Source: Fervidobacterium sp. (GTDB lineage Bacteria > Thermotogota > Thermotogae > Thermotogales > Fervidobacteriaceae). Taken from it: a stretch of DNA of 64,000 nt. The DNA is taken from the NCBI GenBank assembly GCA_049970055.1, contig JBMFNR010000001.1, forward strand, positions 32,001 through 96,000, read 5' to 3'. The notes under the pieces are model-generated. The model was not told the origin of the DNA, did no database searches, and was given only the letters and a program-made list of their open reading frames with translations. Positions within the stretch are counted from its first letter, which is position 1. Each line of letters begins with the position of its first letter. Positions 22,044 through 31,981 of the stretch are shown here, in pieces. A program made the position numbers and the translations under genes.

Positions 22044-23739
22044 CTTAACAAAATTAATTCTTAAAAAAAACCTCCTAATTGCATTGATCGTCTCTGGAGC
22101 ATTCAGTACTGTGTTTTTTATATGGCTTGTTTCATTTATCTCTAGAGATTCTCTAAGGACTTTTGAAATAATCGATAAATCGTTCGAAAAAACTATTAGC
22201 TCTTTGGCTAATAATATTACATCTGATAGATATGAAATGGAAGAGTATTCCTACATACAGTTGGTTAAAGCACTTATTGAAAATGAAAATAATAAAGTTG
22301 ATAATGCTGTTTTAGAGCAACTAAAGAATATATACATAAACTCTCTACCGCCGAAGTTTGTTGATTTGGACCTTGCCGTCTGTAATAAATACGGACAGGT
22401 TCTTTCTGCCACAGGATTACATGCAGATTTAGCTAGATTAAACTTCGCACCTGTAAAATATCAAGATAATTCCTATCCGAGATTTTTATCCTTCGTGCCG
22501 AATACAAGACGTCTGGTCTTGTACACGTGGGTACAATTAGAAGACAATTTCTTAATTTTCGCTTTTTACATAGATCCAAGAATTTACAATGATTTGATAA
22601 ATGCTTTTACTATGAATAAGATTGGAAACATTATTGATATCGCCATTTACATAAACAAAAAGACAAGACTGGACAGCTCCGTGGCAACTTTTGATGAACA
22701 GATAAGTAATGTGAAAGACGAAAAAATAGTTAAGAAATATTTTGAGATTGTGTATTACAAAATGTTTGTTTTTTCAAAATACGACTCATTGGTAACGCCT
22801 TTATACATTAAAGTCACGCTAAATTATATTAACTTTGTATACATAATTAGTCTTTTCATTCTGGTATTTATAATAACTGTACTTATTTTTACTTACACAT
22901 CATCAAGCTTTTCGGTTTCGCCGTTCATAAATGATTTGGCGAAACTTAACGCGGCTATTCAAGAAGTCGGGAATACGGGTGTTTTACCACCGGCTGGTGG
23001 TTTTACTTTGGAGGAAAGCCAAGATTTTTACGAAACACTGTCTGCAATGTTGGAAGAATTAAGTGCGACCACGGAAGAGCTTGAAGCGACAAATGCAGAG
23101 TTGGAGAGAGCTTACAATGATATAGCTAAAAAGAGCGAGGACCTCAAAGAATTGCTTTTGAACATTTCCGAAAGACTTGCCGTTATTGCGGAAGGTTACG
23201 ATGAAAACACTGGTCATCATATTTATCGTGTGAAACTGTTAAGTGGATTTCTGGCTGAAAAACTTGGCCTTGATGAAGAAGTGGTTGAAAGTATAAGGAT
23301 GTTCGCAAGCTTGCACGATATAGGCAAGATATTTGTGCCGAAAGATATACTCCAAAAACCAGGCAAGTTGACTGCAGAAGAGTGGGAGATAATGCGCCAA
23401 CACACCATATTTGCTAAAAGAATACTTGACATACCAGGATTTGAAAGAGCTTTAAGTATAGCATTATATCACCATGAAAATTACGATGGGACAGGCTATC
23501 CTTTCGGGTTAAAAGAAGGTGAAATTCCGATAGATGCGCATATCGTAAAATTAGTGGATACATACGATGCACTTAGATCGGAAAGACCATACAAAAGGAG
23601 TTTTACACACGAAGAAGCAATGAAGGTAATTCTGGAAGGTGACGGTAGAACATCCCCCGAACATTTCGATCAGAAGCTGCTGGAAGTTTTTCGGAAGTAT
23701 AGTGAAGAAATTAAGATTTTATGGGAAAGTATAAAATAA
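22027..23739 (+). CDS. Membrane HD-GYP phosphodiesterase (probably c-di-GMP)
   Basis: Two TM segments around an extracytoplasmic domain; HDIGK, HHENYDGTGYP, DALRSERPYK. Confidence 0.9.
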   Translation: MMKSRNLTKLILKKNLLIALIVSGAFSTVFFIWLVSFISRDSLRTFEIIDKSFEKTISSLANNITSDRYEMEEYSYIQLVKALIENENNKVDNAVLEQLKNIYINSLPPKFVDLDLAVCNKYGQVLSATGLHADLARLNFAPVKYQDNSYPRFLSFVPNTRRLVLYTWVQLEDNFLIFAFYIDPRIYNDLINAFTMNKIGNIIDIAIYINKKTRLDSSVATFDEQISNVKDEKIVKKYFEIVYYKMFVFSKYDSLVTPLYIKVTLNYINFVYIISLFILVFIITVLIFTYTSSSFSVSPFINDLAKLNAAIQEVGNTGVLPPAGGFTLEESQDFYETLSAMLEELSATTEELEATNAELERAYNDIAKKSEDLKELLLNISERLAVIAEGYDENTGHHIYRVKLLSGFLAEKLGLDEEVVESIRMFASLHDIGKIFVPKDILQKPGKLTAEEWEIMRQHTIFAKRILDIPGFERALSIALYHHENYDGTGYPFGLKEGEIPIDAHIVKLVDTYDALRSERPYKRSFTHEEAMKVILEGDGRTSPEHFDQKLLEVFRKYSEEIKILWESIK

Positions 23740-23741
23740 TC

Positions 23742-23769
23742 TTGACTAAACAAATACTTATGGTAAAAT
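23742..23769 (+). promoter_or_regulatory. Sigma-70-type promoter of rpsB
   Basis: TTGACT-16nt-TAAAAT with extended -10 TG. Confidence 0.7.
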
Positions 23770-23826
23770 CCTTTAGACTGAATGTCAGTTAAATGTGAGC
23801 TAAGTGTCAGGCATCTGCCTGGATTA

Positions 23827-23945
23827 CTCACGCTAACTGTTTCCCACCTCGGTGCTTTACCTCAAAGGTTGTTAAAGCTATTAACACTTTCAATGTTCGA
23901 AAGGGGTAAAGTCGGTGGGTGAAAAGTTGGCGGAGGCAAAAACCA
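23827..23945 (+). ncRNA. rpsB 5' leader, t44/S2-autoregulatory-like RNA
   Basis: ACTCAC...long stem with GGTGC bulge...GGAGGCAAAAACC layout directly upstream of rpsB. Confidence 0.65.
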
Positions 23946-23963
23946 AATGATGGAGGTGTAGGT

Positions 23964-24740
23964 ATGCCAGTAGTATCGATGAAACAACTTCTTGAAGCGG
24001 GTGTGCACTTCGGACACAGGACACAAAGATGGAACCCGAAGATGAAACCTTATATCTACGGTGCAAGGAAAGGTATTTACATCATTGACTTGCAAAAAAC
24101 AGTTAAACTTATCGACGAAGCATATGACTTTGTAAGGGATATTGCAAGCAAGGGCGGGACGATACTTTTTGTTGGAACAAAAAAACAAGCGCAGCAAGTT
24201 GTTAAGAACGAAGCGGAAAGGTGCGGAGGATTCTACGTTAACAACAGATGGCTTGGTGGATTGTTAACAAATTTCCAGACAATTCAAACGAGAATTCAAA
24301 GGCTTATCGAACTTGAAGAAATGGAAGCAAATGGGGAACTTGACAAGCTTCCAAAGAAAGAACAGAGCAAGCTCCGAAAGACACTTGAGAAACTTAGAAA
24401 AAACCTTGGCGGGTTAAAGAATATGAAAAGTCTCCCGGATGTTTTGTTTATAGTTGATCCAAGAAAAGAGAAGATTGCCGTTGAGGAAGCAAATTATCTT
24501 GGAATTCCAATCGTTGCGATGGTAGATACAAATTGTGATCCAGATCCTATCGATTATGTTATACCTTCAAATGATGATGCTATAAGAGCAATAGCTTTGA
24601 TAGCTTCGAAAATAGCAGACGCTTACCTCGAAGGAAGAGAAGGTATACCCTACTCTTCAGAAGAAGTCCAATCGGAAACTCCAGCTACAGAAGAGATCGA
24701 AATTAATATACCAGAGAATCTCGAGGATGAAGAAATTTAG
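23964..24740 (+). CDS. rpsB: 30S ribosomal protein S2
   Basis: [30 protein letters not shown]. Confidence 0.98.
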   Translation: MPVVSMKQLLEAGVHFGHRTQRWNPKMKPYIYGARKGIYIIDLQKTVKLIDEAYDFVRDIASKGGTILFVGTKKQAQQVVKNEAERCGGFYVNNRWLGGLLTNFQTIQTRIQRLIELEEMEANGELDKLPKKEQSKLRKTLEKLRKNLGGLKNMKSLPDVLFIVDPRKEKIAVEEANYLGIPIVAMVDTNCDPDPIDYVIPSNDDAIRAIALIASKIADAYLEGREGIPYSSEEVQSETPATEEIEINIPENLEDEEI

Positions 24741-24768
24741 TGTAAAAGATAGAAAATATAAAAATGTA

Positions 24769-24802
24769 AGCCCTCACCATTGACAGTGGGGGCTCTTATT
24801 TT
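24769..24802. terminator. Terminator between convergent rpsB and EamA genes
   Basis: AGCCCTCAC...GTGGGGGCT stem with T-rich tail. Confidence 0.65.
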
Positions 24803-25661
24803 ATCGCTTAGTACTCAGATAAGAATTACCAATTAGAGCGCTTAATATGAGTACCATTCCGAAAACTTGTAACGGTTTAATGGTTTCATGGCGTATGAAG
24901 CTACCAGCCAACACGGAAACTATAGTTGTTAAATTTGAAAAAAGTGTTGAAACAGTTGGCGAAACTTTGCTTAGCATAAAGTTGACAAGGAAGAATGCTA
25001 CCGTTGATGATAAAATTCCAAGGTAAAGGGTACCTATAAGAACAGGCTTGGCAAGGTTTATCGTAAATTGCCCAGTTATTAGACTTAAAAATGTGAAAAA
25101 AACAAATCCGGTAATCATCATAAAAAATGTTATTTCTTGAGGTCTAAATTCCTCAGATAGTTTCCTTGATAAGATGTTGTACATAGCCGCTGAGAAAACC
25201 GCACCGAGAATAAGTAACTTTCCAAGCAAAGCTCCAGAAACTTTTTCGCCGAAACCAACTATTAAAACAACTCCAAAAAAGCTCAGAAAAGCAAAGAAAA
25301 TTTTGTACCATCTAATCTTTTCTTTCAAAAGCAACGGCGAGAGTACGACAACAACTATGGGAATCATAGCTATAAGCATACCAGCTTCGGAAGAAGAGGC
25401 ATATTTCAATCCATTGGTTTCAAAGATAAAGTACAAAATGGGTTGGAATATCGCAACCTTCCAAATCTTCCAATAAGGTTTTTTCTCAAGTCTTATCACC
25501 TTAAAGAAAAGTAAAACAATCATCGACAAAGAAGCTATGAAAAATCTATAAGAAAGAAAAGTGTAAACAGGAACATAAGCCAAACTGTTTTTGGTGAAAA
25601 GAAAAGAAAGTCCAAAAATGAAAGATATAGCAAGCCCTGAAAAAAGTACACCTAAACTCAA
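24801..25661 (-). CDS. DMT/EamA family transporter
   Basis: About 10 TM segments in a two-repeat EamA pattern; likely start TTG 25661 after GGAGG. Confidence 0.88.
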   Translation of the reverse strand: MSLGVLFSGLAISFIFGLSFLFTKNSLAYVPVYTFLSYRFFIASLSMIVLLFFKVIRLEKKPYWKIWKVAIFQPILYFIFETNGLKYASSSEAGMLIAMIPIVVVVLSPLLLKEKIRWYKIFFAFLSFFGVVLIVGFGEKVSGALLGKLLILGAVFSAAMYNILSRKLSEEFRPQEITFFMMITGFVFFTFLSLITGQFTINLAKPVLIGTLYLGILSSTVAFFLVNFMLSKVSPTVSTLFSNLTTIVSVLAGSFIRHETIKPLQVFGMVLILSALIGNSYLSTKR

Positions 25662-25767
25662 AGTATGCACCTCCACGAATGTAGTGTAATGCCGCATAAT
25701 GTAGCATGTAGTAGATAATAAGTTCGTACAACGAATATTTTCGAAAGTATTTTATCATACAAACCAT

Positions 25768-25805
25768 AAAAAAAGAACCCCCGATTCATAAAGGGGGCTC
25801 TTTTT
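25768..25805 (-). terminator. Intrinsic terminator of the carbohydrate-binding operon
   Basis: AAAAGAGCCCCC-loop-GGGGGTTCTTTTTTT on the minus strand. Confidence 0.75.
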
Positions 25806-25868
25806 GAATTACTTGAACTTTGAATTTTTTTGAAGTCATATATTTACATAAAGTTTCAATAATTGAAA

Positions 25869-27266
25869 TTATTTACCTTCGATTTGCTTCCTTATTTGCG
25901 GAAATTTCTTTTCAGCCTCCAAAAGCTTCTTCTGGAATATCGTCCATGACTCTTTAATTACTTTATTTGCTTTCTCTTGAGTTTCAGCTGCAACCGATTC
26001 AGGTTGGATTGCCCCAGCCCTTATCTTTTCGTTTACCGGGAATATTATATCCCAAATAACCTCAAACCAGCCAGGTACGATCTTCCACATATCTACCCGA
26101 ACTGTCTTATCGAGATTTTTGAGCATGTATTTTATACCATTTGGAATATTTATGTTGTCGAAATATTTAACTACGTCGGGGTGCATAGTAGCCGGCACAA
26201 ACCAATCTATAAGTCTTCCATTTTCTACACCTTGGTTTTGAAAGAGTTTCAGTCTTGCCACCACGCCTCGCGGGTCATAAGTTAAAAATCTTGCAAATAA
26301 GAATGCTTCTTTTGGATACTTTGTCGTAGAGGTAACAAAAGTGTAGTTTATATGCACTGGGATTCTTTGACCAATTTTTGGATCGTACGGAAGTGGGTAG
26401 TAGTCGAAATTCCATGGAACAGTTCTTAACCAACTCCAATCGTAAGTTGCCTCAAAACCTGTCAAGACTTTCGATTCTCTAAATGCATCTGCATCTTTTC
26501 CGAACTTCTTTTGATAATCATCAAGCTGGTTTTTATTTCTCAATTCTTGGTTGATCAAATCATCAGACACAAGCCCAGGAATTGATTTCAGCTCTTTTTG
26601 AAGTTTGATTGCCGGTATCCACCCACCATTTACAAGATCGAATTCCCACTTTTCAGGATCAAAACTCCAGAATGTAGTATGATCACTAAGTACAGCAGCC
26701 ATGAACGTATCAAATTCCCACAGTTGGTTGATACCCGAATACTCTTTAGTTGTTGCTTTTCTCAAATATTGTTTGAACAAATCAACGGTCCACTCTTCGT
26801 AAGTTGGCACTTTAAGATTTAACTTTTTCAGTAAATCAAGATTGACTACTATACACTCAAAATGTAATCTGTTACCGAGCGCGTAGGTTTTATTATTATA
26901 TTTAAATGCATTCAAAACACTTTTTGGAACGTAATTCAAATATGGATCGTCTTTAAGAAATTCATCAAGTGGGTATACCCAGCCCTGAGATACTGGGTAA
27001 GAAAGTGGTTCCCAAGATTCTGCGATTACGTCTGGAAGTGGTTGTTTTGCGGAAGCCTTCGCTGTAAGAAAACTATTTACATCTGGGTCGTTAACAACAA
27101 ATTTAACTTCGATATCTGGATAATACTTATTAAATTCCTCCGCAAGCTTTTTGTACCTGTCAACATCCCAACTCCAAACAGAGACTGTTATTGATGCTTT
27201 TGCAAGTATGGACACAGAAAAAGCTAAAAGTAGCATTACTAAAAATAATCTGAAATAAGTTCTCAT
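25869..27266 (-). CDS. ABC transporter sugar-binding protein (family 1)
   Basis: Signal peptide, ITVSVWSW, EFNKYYPDIEV, PLDEFL...Y.NKTYAL, N.DLL. Confidence 0.88.
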   Translation of the reverse strand: MRTYFRLFLVMLLLAFSVSILAKASITVSVWSWDVDRYKKLAEEFNKYYPDIEVKFVVNDPDVNSFLTAKASAKQPLPDVIAESWEPLSYPVSQGWVYPLDEFLKDDPYLNYVPKSVLNAFKYNNKTYALGNRLHFECIVVNLDLLKKLNLKVPTYEEWTVDLFKQYLRKATTKEYSGINQLWEFDTFMAAVLSDHTTFWSFDPEKWEFDLVNGGWIPAIKLQKELKSIPGLVSDDLINQELRNKNQLDDYQKKFGKDADAFRESKVLTGFEATYDWSWLRTVPWNFDYYPLPYDPKIGQRIPVHINYTFVTSTTKYPKEAFLFARFLTYDPRGVVARLKLFQNQGVENGRLIDWFVPATMHPDVVKYFDNINIPNGIKYMLKNLDKTVRVDMWKIVPGWFEVIWDIIFPVNEKIRAGAIQPESVAAETQEKANKVIKESWTIFQKKLLEAEKKFPQIRKQIEGK

Positions 27267-27304
27267 AATCTCACTCCTCTCCAACATAAAAAGTACTTAT
27301 TCAT

Positions 27305-28227
27305 TTATAATCCAAATGAAACACTTAACGTTGCTCCGTGAAATCCCGAATTTTTTATAACCCCATAAAACTTTGCGTCCGCATTTCCGAATTTGGTTGC
27401 AATGTAAGGATCGAATTCGTAAGCTCCACTACCAAGCGCATAAGTACCTGAGCTCCCAATTTTATAATTTCCAACCTTGTAATTCCCATCACCGTAGAAT
27501 TTTATATTTGTGAAATCACTAGCGTCCACTTCAAAGATCAAGTTTGAACTTGGCAGTTCAGCGGAAAAACCCAGTAATAGTCCTAAAAGTTCATTATCGG
27601 TGTACTCGTAACCAGCGGCAACGTAAAATGTGAATGGTCTTAGGTTGTAGGAAATCCTCGTTCCCAAAAGGCCATAGCTGAAATCAACTACACCATTAAC
27701 ATTGAATGCAATGTTAAACGGATAGAACGAGGTTTTAACTAAAATTGCAAAATCCGTGGATGCGATTGAATTAGCATTAAAACTTGTTCCACCATCAATG
27801 TAGATATTGTTTGCTCCATACACGAAAGATATCACACTTTTGTACCAGAGTATACCTATTCCATTTTCCCCCATTTTAGGCTTCCGTTATTTCCGAGAAA
27901 GCTATCGTAATCAGCAATGTTTCTGTATACGAAAAAAACCGTCAAGTTGTTATTCGCTTTCCACGGTATGAAAAGTTCGTTTATGTAAGCCGAAGCGATG
28001 TTAGGGGCTGTGTATTTTATATCAGCGACTAACACCGCCCCACTAGAGGTAATTACTAAGTACGCCGCATTGTCCGATGCAAACCAATTCGAATTGGACA
28101 AGGAAAATGTTGGAGAGATTGTATATTTAAACTCCACTCTTCCGTTAATCTGTACATTTCCTGCTAAGGCGATTACAAAAAAAGCAAATAAAAGAACTAT
28201 GGTCGAGAGTTTTTCTAAATTTTTCAT
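27305..28227 (-). pseudogene. Frameshifted secreted beta-strand-rich protein (putative porin), about 307 aa if repaired
   Basis: ORFs 27856..28227 and 27305..27874 join by adding 1 nt in the TGGGGGAAAAT run near 27864-27872; signal peptide; ends in ATLSVSFGL. Confidence 0.55.
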
Positions 28228-28290
28228 ACACCGTAACTCCTTTCAAATCTCAAATAAACTCAAAAGTATCTTTCATAAGTTTCATAATAA

Positions 28291-28316
28291 GGGTAACCCA
28301 AAATATTGGGTTATCC
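28291..28316 (-). other. Intergenic stem-loop (mRNA stabiliser or partial terminator)
   Basis: GGGTAACCCAA-AATA-TTGGGTTATCC inverted repeat. Confidence 0.55.
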
Positions 28317-28335
28317 GAAAAAATTTTTCCTTGCA

Positions 28336-29478
28336 TTATTTTACTGGTGAAATTGAAATGTCGTCAAAGTAGAAAGTTGTAGGTATCCCTTTCCCGAGCT
28401 CGAAACTCAAAGTCACAACAGGATCTGCGTTTTCTGGATGTGTGTACTCAAATACAAACGTTTGCCATTCCTTCGTCAAATTAACTGTCTTTTCAAAGTA
28501 TGTGCCATAAGGAGCGCCCGTTTGAACAAACTTTACGTTTATACTCCTTGGTTCATCAGCTTTTGCTTTAAAAGAAATTGTGTACTTATTACCTTTTCTC
28601 AACTTGACCCATTGATTAAATTGTATGTGCCATGTCTCCGTGCCAGTATCTTGCACAACTATGTAACCATATCCGTTCTTGACACCGTACTCAGATACCT
28701 TTGCAGAGCTTATATTGTACTGGCCTGCCTGCCAAATCCACCACTCGCTCGGCATACTACCTTGATCATTAACTATCTTGTAACTAAAATCGCCATTGTT
28801 TACAAGATTGTCCGGTTCCTCTTCTTCAAAATCATACTCGATCGTCTCAGTTGGTTCCTCGGGGAGGTATTCAGGGGGAACTTGCGATTTATCAATAGGT
28901 TTAATAATGATATCTGAGAAATAAATAGTCGTTGCTTCAGATTTTCCAAGTTCAAACCCAAACGTTACAGTTTCATCTGCTCTATCCGGATGAATGTAAT
29001 AAAACTCATAAGTCTTCCACTCATTTGTTAATTCGATTGTTTGCGAAAAGTAATTACTCCATGGTTCGTGTGTTTGAAGTATCTTCACATTGATAGTTCT
29101 TGGTTTGTCAGCTTTGACTCTAAATGATATGTAATAAGCTTGCTTTGGTGATAGTTTGACCCACTGATTGAATTGAATATGCCAAGTGTCAGAACCTGGA
29201 TCTTGAATCTTAACAAACGCGTAACCGTTTTTAACTCCGTAACTTTCAACTTTTCCGTTGCTTACACCATACCTTGCTGCTTCCCATATCCACCAGTCGT
29301 TTGGTTTGTTTGCTTGATCGTTCGTTATTGGTAATAAGAATCTGCCGTTATTAACAATGTTTATTCCATCTTCTTTTATAGCTTGAACCGTTTGCGCAAC
29401 TTGCTGCGTCGTTTCACACAAGGCTAAAACGAACAGGCTTAGAAAAAGAGCCAAAAACATTATCCTTACTTTTTTCAT
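28336..29478 (-). CDS. Secreted protein with two tandem CBM4/9 carbohydrate-binding modules
   Basis: Two repeats: N.V.NG.F, WHIQFNQ, ISF..KAD.PR.I.VK, T.EW.T..F.Y.HP, FELG, YF.DI.I; Glu/Pro linker; no catalytic domain. Confidence 0.85.
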   Translation of the reverse strand: MKKVRIMFLALFLSLFVLALCETTQQVAQTVQAIKEDGINIVNNGRFLLPITNDQANKPNDWWIWEAARYGVSNGKVESYGVKNGYAFVKIQDPGSDTWHIQFNQWVKLSPKQAYYISFRVKADKPRTINVKILQTHEPWSNYFSQTIELTNEWKTYEFYYIHPDRADETVTFGFELGKSEATTIYFSDIIIKPIDKSQVPPEYLPEEPTETIEYDFEEEEPDNLVNNGDFSYKIVNDQGSMPSEWWIWQAGQYNISSAKVSEYGVKNGYGYIVVQDTGTETWHIQFNQWVKLRKGNKYTISFKAKADEPRSINVKFVQTGAPYGTYFEKTVNLTKEWQTFVFEYTHPENADPVVTLSFELGKGIPTTFYFDDISISPVK

Positions 29479-29517
29479 AGTTTTACCTCCTTTTTTGAAC
29501 TTTAGAATTTAAAGATG

Positions 29518-30566
29518 CTAACCTTGTATTTCTTTTAAGACAACGTCGTCAATGTATATCGTGTTAGGACCTACGGTTCCTAGCTCGAAGCTAAACTTGA
29601 CTGTCTGGGCAGCATCGGTTGGGTGGAGATATTCAAACTCGACCGTTTGCCAATCGGTTGTCGTTGAAACATCTTTTGAATAGTAAGTCGTCCAGGGATC
29701 TTGAGTCATGACTATTTTGACTGGTACTGTTGTATTAGTAGCTGCCTTTATTTTGAATGAAACAAAATACTTCTTCCCCTGCTCAAGATCTACGTCTTGG
29801 TTAAATTGGACCTCCCATGTCCCATTCCCAGCGGCCTTCAAATCAATAACTGCAACGCCATCCAAAACTTTTGGAGATTCTGAAACATAATCACCACTTT
29901 GGAACCAATACCACTCATATTTCAAGTGCCCATCTATCCATTTTATTGTGTCTGATGAAAAATCACCATTTTGGATTATGTTGTCTCCGTAAATAGGTTC
30001 CGCGTCACCTTTGAGAAGAACAACAACTGAGTCAAAGTATACTTTGTTTGCACCAACAGATCCCAATTCAAGCTTAGTTTAACAACTTCGTCAGCCCCTA
30101 ATGGATGAGTGTAATCAAATTTTTCTTCCTTCCATTGCGTTGTAACTTGTATTTCTTTGGAATCGTAAACAGTGTAAGGATCATGTGTTTGAGCTATAGA
30201 GACCTTTATAGTTGTTGGTTTATCCGATTTGACCTTAAACGAGACACTGTAAATTTTTCTTTCTTGTAATTGGATGTTTTGGTTGAACTGAACCTCCCAT
30301 GAGTCGCCCGCTTTTTTCAGATCAAATACAGCGTACCCGTTTGTTATTTTTGGATAACCGCTAGTTACAAAATCTCCATTTTGGAACCAATACCAATCAC
30401 CAGTCTGAGGTTCTTCATCGATATACTTAATGGCTCCACCCGAAAATGTTCCATTTTTTACTATATTACCCTCAACTTCTTGCTCTGGCAACTCAATAGG
30501 TGCACATGATGCTATCAAAACCAAAACCGCTATTAGTGTAACAAAAGTAAGCATCCTTTTTTTCAT
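29518..30566 (-). pseudogene. Lipoprotein with two tandem CBM4 modules, split by a 1-nt deletion (349 aa if repaired)
   Basis: Lipobox LIASC; AAACTAAGCTT-GAATTGGGA at about 30070 restores KLSFELG, matching KFSFELG in the second module. Confidence 0.8.
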
Positions 30567-30800
30567 ACCAGACACCTCCCAAACGTAAGTATAGTTTATA
30601 GATTGGAAAATCACTTTTGCGATATCCACATTTTACGCATGTAACTTGTTACGTACCAAATTTGGAAAAAAACGACAACTTCCACTTGAAAAGTAAAAAA
30701 TCCCCTACCAAATGACTACTTACTTTTGGTATCAACCGTTTTCTCTATACTGTAACTTATCTTATTATCTTATCCAAAAAAACCCTCCAAGCATCCATTG

Positions 30801-30828
30801 TTGACAAATGCGTTCATTATGTTATAAT
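30801..30828 (+). promoter_or_regulatory. Sigma-70-type promoter of the hrcA operon
   Basis: TTGACA-16nt-TATAAT with extended -10 TG. Confidence 0.85.
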
Positions 30829-30829
30829 T

Positions 30830-30856
30830 TTAGCAGACGACTTCTATATTTGCTAA
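30830..30856 (+). promoter_or_regulatory. Degenerate CIRCE (HrcA operator)
   Basis: TTAGCAGAC-N9-ATTTGCTAA versus consensus TTAGCACTC-N9-GAGTGCTAA; covers the predicted transcription start. Confidence 0.75.
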
Positions 30857-30919
30857 TTAAACTGACAAGATAAAAATTATTATAAAGATTATTCGAGTAA
30901 TGGCAGGAGGTGCTTTTCA

Positions 30920-31942
30920 ATGGACATTACCGAACGCCAACAGAAAATACTGTATTGTATCGTGCAAGATTACATAAATACAAAGACCCCTGTCAGTTCA
31001 AAGAAAGTACTTGAAAGTGCGGTTATAGAACGTTCTGGGGCGACTATAAGAAATGATATGAACAGATTGATGAAAGCTGGTTACATATACCAGCCTCATA
31101 CATCGGCTGGTAGGATTCCAACAGATAAAGGGCTAAGATTTTACGTGAATGAGTTAAAGAAGATTAGACAAGAGGTAAAAGCCAAAGGTACTCATGTTGA
31201 GACCGCCGTTAATTTCCCGATCGGCGATATGGAAAAGGTATTGACAGGTGCTGCAAAGCTTCTAAGTTCATCGACAAAAGGCATGGTTATAATTGAAAAG
31301 CCTAGCCCTCTCAACCTTAGAATTAAACGTATCGTTGTTACCCCTGTTAGTAAGAACTTTTCGATAGCTAATGTGATAACTTCGCTTGGGTTGAACTCAT
31401 CCATTCCACTTCAACATGGAGAAGTTGAAAGTCTTTACCATATAGAAGAAATGTTGAACAAGGTTATGACCGGACTTACCTTGAACGAATTCAAAACGAA
31501 GTTAAAAGAAATTCTCAATAAAATAAGTAGTATAATGGACTTCAACTCAGAGGAAGTCGGAAAAGGCTTTCTGGAAATAAGCGAAAGGCTTTCAATGGAG
31601 AGTTATGAAGACTATATTACGGAAGGTTTATATAATTTGCTTTCTAATGATAGAATTAACCTGAAAAAGCTGCAAAACATACTTGGATACGTTTCCAGTG
31701 ATGCATTTTATAAAGATGTGTTTGAGCTTGAAAGTGATATTTACATAGGTAAAGAACATGGACTAAGGTTTTTAGATGACTTCTCTTTAATTGTTGGTAA
31801 TTTTTATGCGGAGAATTCTCCTATTGGGAGAATAGCCGTAATCTTCGACAAATATGGCAAGTACGATCAGATAATTGATAGCTTCGAATTCTTAATCAAT
31901 AGATTGACAGAGTATTTCACGGTAGTATCAAGAAATATTTAA
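30920..31942 (+). CDS. hrcA: Heat-inducible transcription repressor HrcA
   Basis: SGATIRNDM, QPHTSAGRIPTDKGLRFYVN. Confidence 0.95.
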   Translation: MDITERQQKILYCIVQDYINTKTPVSSKKVLESAVIERSGATIRNDMNRLMKAGYIYQPHTSAGRIPTDKGLRFYVNELKKIRQEVKAKGTHVETAVNFPIGDMEKVLTGAAKLLSSSTKGMVIIEKPSPLNLRIKRIVVTPVSKNFSIANVITSLGLNSSIPLQHGEVESLYHIEEMLNKVMTGLTLNEFKTKLKEILNKISSIMDFNSEEVGKGFLEISERLSMESYEDYITEGLYNLLSNDRINLKKLQNILGYVSSDAFYKDVFELESDIYIGKEHGLRFLDDFSLIVGNFYAENSPIGRIAVIFDKYGKYDQIIDSFEFLINRLTEYFTVVSRNI

Positions 31943-31981
31943 TCAAATAATAAAATAAAAAATTGAAGGAGGTTGGTCTTT

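Noticed and set aside
30720..30780. Short TTATC repeats and AT-rich tract as a CRISPR array or replication origin
   Set aside because: No repeat-spacer periodicity and no clear cluster of DnaA boxes.
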